Assembly: GCA_965153455.1 (NCBI GenBank)
Contig: OZ234493.1
Span: 10,344,213 to 10,408,212, forward strand
DNA: 64,000 bases
DNA from: Sphagnum compactum
Taxonomy: Eukaryota
Direction of reading: 5' to 3'
The notes under the pieces are model-generated. The model saw only the letters and a program-made list of their open reading frames with translations. It made no database searches and was not told where the DNA came from. Of this stretch, positions 39,813-53,571 are shown one piece after another; the stretch's first letter is position 1; every line of letters starts with the position of its first letter. The position numbers and the translations under genes are program-made.

Positions 39813-41520
39813 ATGGATGAGGATTCCTTTTGGATGAGGAAACCCAAGAAATTTCAGCAACAGCAAGCAACGCTGTCGACATTACAGACTTCCTATAAAG
39901 GCCCTGATGGATGAGGAATCGTTTTGGATGAGGACACCCATGGCTCATTCTCTTCGTGTAAACTACCAGCAAACAGCACGAAACATTTGTGGACATTACA
40001 AACTTCTTATAGATGCCTGGATGGATGAGGAATCCTTTTGGATTTTTGGATAAGGACACCCACATCTCATTCTCATTGTATAATTCCATTAGTCTAAATG
40101 ATTTAACAAAACGACCTTGGGGAAAAAAAAAGACCTCCTGATTCGTCATGATTGTAATCATCATCAAACCCAAGGTGTTCGTAAGATGACCTAATTTTAA
40201 AACCCTAAAAATTTAAAAAGTATAGGAGAAAGGCCTATACGTAAAACGCCCTGTGATAGTGACATTGCAAAGAGATAACGATGTAATAATAGGGGCAATG
40301 AGGAGAGACAAGTTAGTCGATAACTTTCACTCGATGAAAATTATTCTAACAATTTGGACAGTATATTTTGGATTGTGTAAGGTACCGATATTTCGACATC
40401 ATGCTATATCAATGAACAGGACTTTTTCAACCCCATGAGAGACCAAAATATACAAAGGAAAAAATGTAGTGATATTTTATGTATAGAAGAAAGGTCTATC
40501 AATAGAAACCTTCTACATTTGAAATCACCTTGAGACTAATAGGTCAAACGGGGGTCAAAAATCTGAAAGGCTCGGTTGATAGACCCTTCTCCTACATAAA
40601 ACATTGTTGTAACAATGACACTACAAGGGGACAACGTTGCAATGATAGGGACAAAGAAGAAGGACAAACTAATGGTTAATTTCCACCTAATAAAAATTAC
40701 TTTGACAAGTTAGACAAGCTCGAAAATACCTTCTAGATTGTGTAAGTTATTGTTCATGTGACATCATTACGACATCAACGAACATGATTTTTGTAACCTA
40801 ATGAAGGACTAAAATATATAAAAGAAAGAATGCGACGATATTTTATGTCTCCCTAAGGAAACCCATTAGCTTCATAAAAATATTTACAACTTGAAGCTCA
40901 CCTACTACTATCAAGGAATGAGTTTGAAAATTATAAATAGTAAAAGTTTGAAAGTTTAAGGTTACAATATCAAGGAATATGAAGAACAACATCTCATTCC
41001 AACTAAAAGCTCATGTGAAATAATGAAAATAAAGATGGATTGACCTTAAAGTGTTCTTTTTTTTCACCCTCATGATCTACCCAACAAAGTTAAATAAAGA
41101 TGAGGAATCCTTTTAAATGGAGACACTTACAATTCATTTTCATGGTATAATTTCATTAACAAAATGGTTTAACAAAAAGACTTCAACAAAAAAACTATCA
41201 TGATTCATTGTCATTATAACTATCATCAAACCCAAGGTGTTTGTAAGAAGACCAAAATTGAACATCTTAAAAAACTTGAAAAAGTTTTCCCCCAAAAAAT
41301 CATTGGCTTCATCAAAGTAGTTGTAACTTAAAGCAAGTAGTGTCAAGAAACAAACTCAAGAAATTTCAAAAAATGAAGGCTTGAAAGTTTGAAACTACAA
41401 TATCAAGGAATGTGAAAAACACCACCTCGCTCTAATCAAAAGCCCATGTGAAATAATGAAAACTAAGATTGGTTAACCCAAAGGCACTCCTTTAATTCAC
41501 CCTAATGATCTACCCAACAA
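39813..41520. repeat. Compound repeat block: GGATGAGG-rich tandem units, a ~430-bp tandem duplication, and a ~625-bp insert in the first duplicate
   Basis: ATGGATGAGGAATCCTTTTGGAT x3 (39813, 39908, 40021); 40020-40222 plus 40849-41090 is colinear with 41099-41520; 40236-40482 is a direct repeat of 40592-40848. Confidence 0.8.
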
Positions 41521-44500
41521 AGCCAAGCATGCATTTTTGTAAACTTATGAATGTGGTTGGACAACCACACAAGATAAAGTTGCAGTTGAATGAAGCACAA
41601 CAAGCACCATGTTCATGCTTGTAAAATTCAATTCTTTCACAATTTGAACATGAAAACAACAAGAAATTATGAGGTGTTCAGTGATGTAAGTTGAAACTAA
41701 TGTTAAGCAAATAACCGAAAAATTCAAATATCAAACTTGGATATCACAATAGATATCATTTTTAATATATGCCAATATCACAAATTATGACATCCAAAAT
41801 GATATTTTGATTGTCAAATTTCATAACTTTGAGATTCAATTTTGTAATATCAAAATTCAATCTGGATATCACATAAATGACATTTGGGCAGATATGAACT
41901 CCTTACACAAATCCAGATATCAAATCAGTGAGTAATTTTTTTTAAATAATTAAAAATTAGGTTTTTTACCGAGGTTTAAAGGTTTAAGGTAAGTGCCATT
42001 CAAACATGGATGCCTCAAACCTTATGAACAATGTTGTTCTATAAAAAAGGAGGTGCTCACATTTGGGCCCCATTTATCTTTTGTATTCTTTGTTGTCATT
42101 TTGTTTTGTCTTCTTTTCATGTTGCTTCATGCCTTTGTGCTAATATTGTTTGCCTTCATGTTATTGCTTATTTCCTTTGTGTTATTCTTTCTTGTTTATA
42201 TACTATTGTTTCTTTCTTTCACATCATTTTTGTTATGTTTTCATGCACATTTCTACTTGCTTTCATGTTGTTTTTCTTGATTAAGATATTGACAAATTTG
42301 AAAGGATGTAAGTTGTAGAGAGATAATTTAAATAAGTTAATAAGTATTCATAAGCAATAACTAGCCAAATGATCATAGGGTGGGTTGTTTTTCACCTTTT
42401 AACTTGATTGAAGTTGATTTTCTTAGAAAAAAAAATTAGAATAGTATGGAGGTGAATTTGAGTGAAATGAACTTGTGAACATGTAATTGTAATTTATAAT
42501 TTTGAAATGAAATTTTTGAATGTTGTTATCTAAGTTATGAAAATTGCTTTGAATATCCAATTGATATTATTTTCTAGGATATCCTAAAGTGTGAGATCCA
42601 AATTTTGGTTTTTTTTTAATTGATATCTTTGACAAATATTATAATTGAAAAAAATCAAAAATTAATTTAAGATTCGACCCAATCTTTAAGAGCATTTAAG
42701 AAATTGAAATTGGTGGATATTAAAAAATTGATATCTACCCAACACTAATTGAAACCTCAATCTTCTTCATATTATGTGGTTTTTTCATGTGTGATTTTTC
42801 TTCTAAGGAAACTTTGTATGACCTTATTAGGAAAATTATTCCACTTTTGCATTTTGAATGGTACTTAAATATTTCCAAGGATAAGAATCAGTTATGTTTG
42901 TTAGCTTCAATTCACATTTTCTGAACGATAAATTAAAAGCACAATGACCCTACATGGACCATGTCAAAATGATGTGAATACATTATTTTTTGAATGCATT
43001 AGGAATGCACTACAATTAGTGGGTTATTTTGTTTCTTATTTTTTTTTGTTTTGAATAATTTGGTGTTAGAATCTTGGACTTTGTTTTGTAATTATTCAAT
43101 GGTTATTTGTGTTAAGTTAAAGTTTACAATGGATATAAAGGGGAGTTTGATGATTATACAGTACCTAAATAAAAAGGGGTTATGAAGGTGGTGGTCTAAA
43201 TGATGTGAAAAATCTCTCAAACACTAGTTTAAACGCCATTTGAAGGACTATTAATCCATTGTGAAAACAATATATGATTATTTACAAACAAAGGCAAGTT
43301 AATGCTCATGCAAGGAATCCTTATCAAAGGATTGAAAGGGATTTGGTTTTGTAAATGGGCTTATGTGGTAGTTTGATGCAAATTTTGATTTCCCATGATT
43401 CATGGCTTGACAAACTTTCAACTAAACACAAAATCAGTGAAGGACAAAAAATGAACCTTCAAGCAATTCAAGGAATTATATGACCACCTATCAAATATGA
43501 CTATGTTGAAGATTCAATTACCAATGATCAATTGAATTGAAGTTAAAAACATGAATGGAAAAGAACATGCTATTATAACATTTTGTATTAGAAGAACATG
43601 AAAAAAATCAAATAGGTTTTCACATTCCAAAACAAAAAATTCACATGTGTTGTGACCTATTATTTATGGGCATTCTTTTGCTACACATTTAGAGGTGGAT
43701 CTGTTTTGTGAATTTTCACACTAGATTAATGATAAATGTTAATGTTTTTTTTAAATAACACAATTTTTTTGAATTATGGACTTGCAAATTATGTTGAAAT
43801 GTGCACCATGTCAAAGTGCAAAATGTCACCTAATATATGGCCTTTTGCTAGGCTAACCATAGGTTTCCTTATTACATATAGTAAAGGACGTCGTGGTCGT
43901 GAAGCTTTTTCCATCCATCCATCCATCCCATCATCCATCTAGTCCAGCCGAAGGTATTCTATGATTCCCCATCCTGCTGCTGCTACAACAACAATCTCCT
44001 TCACAAATGCAATAGAACTCAATATGTACATTTCTATGGTCACATCTTGCATTTGGATTTTTCCACATCTACATGATTGCTGAGAGGCAAGTGTGTACAT
44101 GCATCAAATTTATGTTTGGCAACATGTCAGATTGGGCAAGGAAAAGCCTGAGTTATGGATGGAGAAGTTGTTCATATGGGAGAGGTGTAGAGGAAAGGGG
44201 AGAGAGGGGATTGATGATGTAGTTTTTTTGTGTAGTTTTAGTTTGCAGTATTGCATGTACTGTTGTCATCCAAGCGGCTACCAAAGATGGAGGCAAATGA
44301 GGTCACTATGAAGGAACAGATTTTGTCAGGCGTTTTCCAGACTTCCTGTTCAATTGCAGAATGAAAATATTCAAGTAAGGTGGAATTTGAGGGATTGATT
44401 TTTTTCAATTAATATTTTCATGGTTCTACTTACCAATCCTTTTCCATGGTATATAAGCAGATATGCCCTTTTCCAGGCATGTGTCAAATGGAGATTCTTC

Positions 44501-47500
44501 ATCATCTTTGTAGGCGTCATCAATTGTAATTTTGTAATATGTATCGTCAAATACACATACACCTGTGCATTAGGCACGGGGTTCAAACTAGTGTGTATAA
44601 ATTGGAATTGGTAATCATAAAGGAATTAACTTTATGGGAGTATTTCTATTTCCTCATTTTCAAATCTACATCTTTTGTTTGTGTTTGGTAGCAATGCTCT
44701 CACACAAACAAAGGTTTGAGTGCAAATTCAAACTAATTTAAACATGGATTCATTTTTTAAAAACTTTTCTATAGGTGTGGGCATGAAGTTTTTTTTCTTG
44801 TCAATGATGAGTTTAAATGGCAAGTCTTGCTCAAAAATGTCAATAACTTAAGTTTGAAAGAATATTAATCAACATTTTATGTATCAATGGTTAATAGTAG
44901 AAAATAAATATCAACATTTTTTTTGAGTGAATTTTTGCATTATGGCAATAGGAAAAAAATTGTATGTTTTGGAATTTTTTTTTAATTCAAAGAAATTGCT
45001 TTACAATGAAAATTTTGTTAAACTTTCAAAACCACAAAATTGAGAACAATAACCTAAATAAACACGAGTACAAACTCTAGTAAAATTTATATGAATGGTA
45101 ATGCAAAGCAACATGAAACCCTAATTTATTTTATTTTTTCAAGTAATTATAGGCAAATAAAATAACAAAGATGATGATAACCACCATGGTTCTACCTTAA
45201 AATGCCGAATTCAAACTTGAAACATTTAAACCAATGCAATCAAATAGGAAATGTTCAATGAAATTCCCAAATAATGAAACCATAGTTAAAACTTCTCTAC
45301 CCATACCTTATTTAAGCCCCTATCAATGTTTACCACATCTAATTTATTCTTTTGATATTTAGCCATTGTCACAAATGATATGCCCAACATCATCACCAAC
45401 ATCATGGATGAATTTTCATAATGGATGAAATTCATCCACCACTAACTTGTAATTAACTTGTAATTTACATATAGTTGATTGTACTTTTAATTGTAAGTTG
45501 TTTATAATTGACTTGTAATTCATTTACATTTTAAAAAGTTTTTCAAAAATGTTCTTTGGACAATGGACATAAGGAAATCTCCATGGAAGTTTTTTTAACT
45601 AGTTCCGCAAAGGGGTATGAATAAAGGTAAAACCTCATTATTTTTAATTTGTTGAACATTAATTTGTTGTGTAAATTTGCACCACAACCTTGTTTGCTTC
45701 ATGCCCATTCTTATAAGGAAGTCATGTTTTCATATGTTATTAAAATAAATTTTCATTTGAACTTTTGGCTTGCACATTTTGTCTTCTTATCTTTATTTTT
45801 TTTGTTTTATGTTTGGATTTAAAGTTGGGCTATAATTTATGTAATAGTTTTTCTTGGTTTTTACATACCTTGGAAATCCTATCGCTTTCAAAGTTTTCAT
45901 GCTTGTAATGCTCATAAACATGAAAAATTGGACAACATAAAATGAAAGGTTATTTAAATGTCCACCATGGCAAATCATTTTGACAATCCAATAAAAAAAA
46001 TCGTTGCCAATTATTGGTCTTCTTGGAGGTCATTGTATTTGGGCATATTTTACAAGCCAAACAAAAAGTATACATATTTTCAAAATAACAAAAAAAAAAA
46101 TTTATGGGTTTTTTAGCCACCAAATTTTTAATTAAAACATTATTTAAATTTTATATTAAGTTCCAATTAAGGAGGTAGTAAATAATAGATAAAGATGTTT
46201 AAATTTTTTACATTTTCATATTTTGTTTATAATGAGATCCATTTAAATTATTTTATGGATGAAATTTGTTGTAACCAATGTTTTTAAACAATTTTAAAAC
46301 AAAAAAAACCCAAACATAACTTATTGAAAAGATTTGAAAATGACATTTTTTGAAAAAAAAAAATGTAAACCATAACAATGTAATTTTTTTTTAATTTAAA
46401 TTTTTTTTAAATTCTTAATTTTTTTTTAAAAAATTCTAAAATTCTTTAAAAATTCTAAAATAAACATAATTTAAACTATCACCTAAGGGGGTGGGTGTGA
46501 CTAATTATAATGTGGTTAGACCTGCTCTTATTATTTTTGCACCCAAATAAGTATTATTGATGGGTTGATTAACACATAAAGGCATAAAACAAAATGCATT
46601 AATCGATTGAGACCATTCACATTTGAATTTGTTGGTGCAAAATTTATGTGAACTATAAGATTTTTAAGTAAATATAGTATTTTAAAAATAAATTTCATCT
46701 ATTTTCAAAGATATCCATATCTAATCACAATGAAATCCTTAAAATCCAACAAAAAAAATAATCCAATTTTTAATAAACTTTCAATTGAAATAACTATGTC
46801 AATTATAACCAAAATCATTAAACAAATTTTTTTCCCTTTCTTGGGTAGTTTAAGACTATTATCCCAAAAAGATTAATACACTCCTTTTTGCCTATTTTGG
46901 AAATTAACCATCCGCACCTTTTGTGTGATTTTTATTCCTCCCATTTGGTCCATACATTTGAAAATAAGGTCATTTCATTTAGGGTGTATAGTAATAGATG
47001 ACCACCATTTTTTTAGGACGCATTTAACAATTTTGTGAGAGATATGCCATCAACTCCGAATCACATTTGAAATTAAACATTTTTTCTACTTTTAATGTGA
47101 TATACATTAAATCCAACAAGGTCCCAACATTGCCAAATTCAAGTCATGGGTTGTGTCAAGTATATTCCAAGTTCAAACTTTAGTGAGTCATAAAAAACAT
47201 GTCAAGGTGTTGCATAAGATAAAATGTGAAGTCTTGTGAGTTGTCAAAATCAAATCATGGGGTTGCATTAGGTATAACATTAAGTTCAATGAGTTGTTCA
47301 AAATAGGCCAAAGGCATACATTAGGTATAACAATAATTCATGTTAATTTTTCAAACCAAATTAGAGGTCATATTATATATGATATTTGATTCAACATTGT
47401 TTGGGGGGGGGGGGGGAGGTGGTGAAGAGGTGGTGGGGGTCACAAAAAATTGGATTAAAAGTGGGCATGGCACTAATGTGAGGAAAAAAACCTACATGAA

Positions 47501-50500
47501 TATTCAAAACCTGCCCATTTTTCCTATTGCTTACAAGGACTTGATGAGGAATGAAAGCCAAACAAACATATATGGGAATGAAATTACTATGATGTATGCA
47601 TACATCCTTTGGGAACAAATGTTTGATTCATTGATTGTGAGCAAGGAGGGTGTGTGCAATGGAACATTTCAAATAACATAGTTCATGCAAATTATGAAAT
47701 CAAATAGTCACAAATTAACTTTTACATGACACACACATATCATGCATATGGACTAAAGGATTACATAAATCATTTTAAAAGCATGGACAATCAAAGAAGA
47801 AAAGTTACATAACAAGATTCTAAATGAAATGATTGTACTTACATGCTTACATTGTTGAAAATGGATGTTACCATGTTGATCACACAAGAGAGGTGGGTTT
47901 CACAACTCATGGACTAGCTAATTGAAAATCTATTTCCTAAATATCCTAATATATTCCATAGATAAATAAGGAATTGAAGACGTAGGGATGATTTATCATC
48001 TACAAATGGGGCACACATCTCAGCAAATTTCCAAATAACACAAGTGAATGTGGTAACTAGAACAATTATATCATGGGAATCCATAACAAAATAAGATTTC
48101 CTTTATTTATGCTCGATGTTTAATATTACAAACATAGGATAACCATGGGCATCAAAGGCATTGTGCAAAAAATGATGCATTTAATGTCAAAATGCTTGTC
48201 TTGAAAAATGACAAGTTCACATTTTTTTGGCAAGACAAAGATGAACCCTTTCACTTTGAGATTCAAATTCCATGGCAATTGTGATGCATGTTGAAATGGG
48301 GCCATAACAGTGCAATTTCTTTTTGAATTTTTTTATGATCAAGTTGAATGTGTAAATTAAGTTGCTCAGGTGATTATGAAACATTCCATGACAAATTTTT
48401 GAAAATGTTTTCTTTTTCAAATTTTAAGTACATGCCAAATCGAATTTTTAAAAAAAATGTCTTTTGCTTCACACCCCCTTTTACACACATGAATCATCAA
48501 TTAGAAATTATAATGATATGATTGCCAAAAAGAAAAGTTATTAATGTTTTGAAAGACATAAAAGATACTTGAAATTTTTTGGGGAACATTCAATAATAAA
48601 CAACTTAGTCACAATTCAAGTTTTGGATGCATTGTTTATTTGTGTCAAGGTCCCAACCACAATATTAGATATTCTTATGTATGTTATGAAATGATTATCC
48701 ATATAATTAAAACATTATTTCTCCATTAATTGAACACAATCAACATGTGGATAAATGGAATTTCATGACATTGGTGTCAAAAGTTATTTTCACATTTTGA
48801 AAGTTGAAAATTAATTTTAAAAATCGTTAAATTAACATTTGGAGCTTGGAGTTGAAACAAAGACTACCTTATAGGTGGGTTAGAACTAAAGGTTCCTTCT
48901 TGGAAGCAAATGAAGAGACATGATCATTTCATTAAAAATCCATGAGTTGTTCTAATTTATTTAAAGACTAAAAATTTTGAAAAGCAAAAACTTTAATTAA
49001 AACACACAAGTAAAAAATAAAATTCTTTGTCTTTCTTCCCATCATCAATGTAACTTAAGATATATAAAAAATGAAATCATAAATGAAATTTCATTTAAAA
49101 AGAAAAAAAGAAAAAATGGACAATAAAAGTAGTAAGATAGCACATACAATAAACTTGAACATGGTGATAATAACTTGTGCAAGTGATAGCAACTTGAAGT
49201 AGTGTTGGCAAATGATGGTGAATGTCAATAAACCATGGGGGTATCAACAAATGATGACATGCATTTATAGGTGAATCACGCATTTAAACAAAAATTCCAT
49301 AAATTTTTTTGGGTTTTCATTCAACATTTGAAAAGTAGGTTGTAGTGGCTTGAGTGTGTGGGCTTGAATGCCTTTAGCAAGCAAGTGAGAGCTTGAACAA
49401 TGGCAAGTGGGAAGCTTGCTTGAGCAATGGTGGTGTGAAAAATGGTTTGAGCAATGGTGAGTGGGAAGAATGGGGTAAGAAATTAGGAAGCTATGAACCT
49501 AGCTATTTCCTTAGGCTAGGATGGTCAGCCACCAAAAAATTGCTACCTACCTAATCTAGGCTAGCTACCCTACTTTACATATCATTTTTGCTCTATAGTT
49601 TCATCCAACAATGTTGTTCATCCAAGCATGGTTTGAGTGTGGGTGCTAGTTCACTCAAGGCGAGATTCAATAATCTAATGGACTAATCCATAAATGCAAA
49701 ATAATGTGATTGATGTGGAGAAGGTCCACCCACCCCCTATTTGGGCCTTTAATATAGCTTATCAAATCCAACATAAAATGTCAATTGTGTCCTAGCCTGA
49801 CTCATAAACATGCAAAACTTGGATAATAGGAGAGGAAAGATAATTTAAATGCTACCATGTGAGGCAATCATTATGGCCACCCAATTAGAAGCAATCATTT
49901 TGTTGTTTTACTAGGCATTGTGGAGAGATTAGGCCTTTTGGAGATTGATGTAAAGAGCACCTCCACCCTATCCCTTATCAAGGCTTCTAGAAGTAACATT
50001 TATCACATTTAAGATGTCTTATTAATTTTGTGCCTCAACCCTACTCATAAACATGAAATTTGGACCCCAAAAAAATGAGAAATTATTTATTTATTGTTTA
50101 GATAAAATTATCTACACCCATCATCATATCCAACCAAATCAAGAGAAATAATTATGTTATGCAATGCTTTTACTGAGCACTGAATCTTTTTACACATGTA
50201 ATTGGTCCAAAGTCAATCTATTAATTTAAAGTAGCATAAACGTGATTGTACTTCATAGAAAAAAATAAATTATGTAAGTGACTAATATAATGGGAGTTTA
50301 GTCTAATAAAATGTCCAAAGTCCAAACCCCATTATGAAGCTATTTGAAGGATGTAGTCCATCCAAATTACAATGTACAAGCCAATTTACTAACTGCCAGT
50401 GGACCTGCTGTAATGGTCTAGTAATCACCAGATTCCCCCTAATAATAATCCATAATGATCCATAGTGCAGATTCCAGAAATGGTAGTGATTTTAGAGTTT

Positions 50501-50505
50501 ATAAT

Positions 50506-50861
50506 AGGCCCACTTTACACTAGGAAGTTAGGGCCTATGTTCAACCCAAATCAAGCATTCCTATTGGTGAAAAAGTTGAAATCAGCCCCCAAGGGCTTTA
50601 CACCAGGAGTCAAGTCTTAAATAGAAAAAATCTTTTCAATCTGTCCCCCAAGTCATTGATAAATGCTGAACTTTTATGGCCTTCTATTGGCCCCAAGGCT
50701 GAAAAAAAGGATACCATGGAATTTGGGAAGCCAATTTGCAACAACCCATGGGGCCACTATTCGAGCATTTATTTGTAATTTGAGGCCAAATAACAAGCCA
50801 AAAATGCTGAAAATTGGCCCCCAAGTTTTATCGGCCCCGACTCCTAGTGTAAAGCGGGCCT
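50506..50861. mobile_element. MITE family B, copy 2
   Basis: AGGCCCACTTTACACTAGGA ... TCCTAGTGTAAAGCGGGCCT with AAT on both sides (or TAATA if the termini are taken as GGCC). Confidence 0.85.
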
Positions 50862-50913
50862 AATAAGACTCATTTAAGAAAAAGGAAAATAAGTTGGGAT
50901 ATGGTGATTTAAT

Positions 50914-51113
50914 GATACATTCACACTTGATGTTAAATCAGTGTTAAATGAAAATCTAGGTGGCATCCTAGGTGGCACCCAATGTTAAATGGGCCATAGC
51001 TGAATGTTAGGTTAATATAAAATTTTCATGGTAACTAGGTTTAAGTCCTAATTGGCTAGCATGGTGTTAGGGGACTCAACCTTAGAGTCCCTAACACCAA
51101 GTGTGAATGCACC
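50914..51113. mobile_element. Tourist-like MITE family D, copy 1
   Basis: TIR GATACATTCACACTTGATGTTA / TAACACCAAGTGTGAATGCACC; reverse complement of 51147-51354. Confidence 0.8.
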
Positions 51114-51146
51114 GTTAGTGTACTTGGTGTAAATAAAGCACAATAA

Positions 51147-51354
51147 AGGTGCATTCACACTTGGTGTTAAGGACTTTAATAGTATGTCCCCTAACACCAA
51201 GCTAGTCATTTAGGACTTCAACTTAATTATCATGAAGATTTTATGTCAAGTTAACATTCATTTAATATTAAACAATCATCCATTTAACATTGGGTGCCAC
51301 CTAGATTAGATGTGAAGTGATAATCTAGATTAGATGTGAAGTGTGAATGCACCT
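51147..51354. mobile_element. Tourist-like (PIF/Harbinger) MITE family D, copy 2, TAA TSD
   Basis: TAA|AGGTGCATTCACACTT ... AAGTGTGAATGCACCT|TAA; contains a local duplication CTAGATTAGATGTGAAGTG x2. Confidence 0.85.
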
Positions 51355-51399
51355 TAAGTGTAAGTGCACAAGTGGGTGTGATTAGAAGACTCAATAAAG

Positions 51400-52045
51400 A
51401 AAAAAGAAAGAAGTGCGGGGAAATAGGAGCCTACAGAAAGAAAGGAATCTATTTCGGGAAAGATCGCCAAGCTCACCAACGACGATGATGAACGCGTTTG
51501 CCTTTCTCTCCCTTTCTTCTCTTCTTCTTCTTCTTCTTCATCATCTCTCTCCATCTCTCTCTCCACTCATCATCATCGACATAACCCTAGTAGCAATCAA
51601 TCACATGAACAATAATACTAAATCATTAGTATGTTTCTTCTCTAGTCTTAAATTTTTTAAAATTAAATTAATTCATTTTCAGGTTTTGTTTTGTTTTGTT
51701 TTCTTGGGATTGATGCACTCAGAGTGCTAACTTTTTTTTTGCCTCATTCAATCAAAATATTTGTGGCTTCAAAAAAATAACACAGTGTGGTGGTGCTGAC
51801 GATCGAGAGTTGTGAGGTGGGCACGTCTGATTTACGGGACGGACACTGCACAGACAGAGACAGAGATTGCGCACAACCCCACAACACAGACACACCCACA
51901 CGTAAGGGTTTGGGTTCGCCTGAGAACATCGTCGTGTTCAGGAATCGGTCGATTTGAGGAGTTTTGTTCTTCTGTTGACAAACCCGAAGAGAAAGAGAGT
52001 GGGAAAAAGGTTTTGCTTCAGGAATACCCAACAAGACCAAGAGCG

Positions 52046-52077
<32 letters not shown>

Positions 52078-53571
52078 GAAGGGGGCGGGGTTGTGTTTGT
52101 GTGTGTTGGGTTTGGGTTTGTGGGTTTTTTGCTGCAATGTGAGTGTTGAGGATACCATTGAGGTCCTTGGAAAAAGTCTCTCGTACACAAAGTGGGGTGA
52201 ATGAGGGAGGAGCTCTGTAGAATTTTTGCGACAAATAGACAAACAGGGTTTAAAGAAGAGTTTACTAGCGAGGCGAGAGAGTGTCAAGAAGTTTTTAGTA
52301 GTGAGTGAGTGAGTGTGTGTGTGTGCGTGTGCATGCATTGCACACTGGGTATCATTCTGCATTTGACTGTCAAGCATAGACACAATGTACTTTGCAGGTG
52401 AGTCTTGGTTGCTCAAGTTAGCAGGTTTCGAGTTTCGACAGAAGCTGTTGAGGAGCCAGTGAGAGAGACATTGCTGCAGAAGCTGAGATTCTTCCTAGTT
52501 TCGTGTCGATGATCAACAAGACGGCAGTGGTGGAAGCAAACAGCATTTTGAAAGGTGAGACTTCCCTTGTTTTGCATGATTTGCGAGCTTGATTCTTTTG
52601 AAAGTAGGGTAGTGGTGATGTGATCATGCCATTAAGAGACATCCTGATTGATAGTACCTCGTATTGTGTTCTCAGTGCCTTTGTGTAATCTTTGTTTGTT
52701 GGAAGAACACAATGTCCTGGGGCAGTTTTTTTGTTTGGTTGAGGGAAACCATAGTCCTTCCATGCACTCTGTGGGACAGGAAATATGGGGTGTGGCTTTC
52801 TTTCATAGTGGAATGGTGACTTATCAATAGGTAGGACAAACAGTGTGCAGAAATTGATGTGAGTGGCTGGTTGCAGGTGCATACTCTGATGTAGAAGAAG
52901 GGATGGAGAGGTGGAAACTTAGGTCATGGGACAATAGCTATCTATTGGTAGTCATTCAGCTATGACTGAGAGCACCTCAGTTCTTTGGCCAAGACATATG
53001 AAGTGGAACAGCACATTTGGACTTCAATGAAAGCTTTTCACTGATAGCTCGGGTATTTCTCCATCTTCTGGATCATAAGTAACTTTCCTTTGCACAAGGA
53101 GCTCAATGGGTTTGTGTGGACGATCAACAAAAGGGAGCTGGGTTTCATTCTGTGCAATATGTGTTGCAATATTTGTGAGAACAGTTTGCAAGACATTGTA
53201 AAAGGTAAATTTTTGTCCCACTAGGGATTCACACAGGAAAAGAAGTAAAGAGAACAATATTGTCCTATGTTGTCCTCTTCAAGCACAAAGAAGTGATAGA
53301 ACTAATGGAAAGGAAAGAAAATTGTGGAACAATGAAGGTTTGAAGAGAAGAGCAACAGAGCATATACAAAAAGCTTGATATTGTCATCCATGTTTGGACA
53401 TTCTACAGTTGTCCTAGCTTCTCTTGCTTAACCATTCAAATGGGTTTAACGGTGGAATGGCCCACCTAAGACTTTGAGCTGCTGAAACAGACTGCATTCT
53501 ATCTAAATGCTTCGAGGACAACAAGGAGGGAAATCAGAAGAGATGTCTGATTGTTAATTTTGGTGCAGAGA
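51400..53571 (+). promoter_or_regulatory. Probable promoter and long intron-containing 5' leader of SPK1
   Basis: CT-rich patch 51500-51565, (AG)14 at 52047-52074, (GT)n near 52312, several strong donors/acceptors (GTGAGT 52398, GTGAGA ~52555), and acceptor TTTTGGTGCAG ending 3 nt before the ATG at 53572, so the start exon follows a UTR intron. Confidence 0.5.
52047..52074 (+). repeat. (AG)14 GAGA microsatellite in the SPK1 upstream/leader region
   Basis: Direct reading; GA repeats are known BPC/BBR binding sites in plants. Confidence 0.9.

Noticed and set aside
41993..42318. Hydrophobic 'membrane protein' ORFs
   Set aside because: Product of T-rich low-complexity repeat sequence.
44090..44380. 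Possible small spliced gene fragment (LGKEKPELWMEKLFIWER; GHYEGTDFVRRFP)
   Set aside because: No consistent open frame across the putative junctions and no recognisable family.
51354..52882. Several overlapping 100-150 aa ORFs upstream of SPK1
   Set aside because: Low-complexity translations of GA/CT/GT microsatellites in promoter/UTR sequence.
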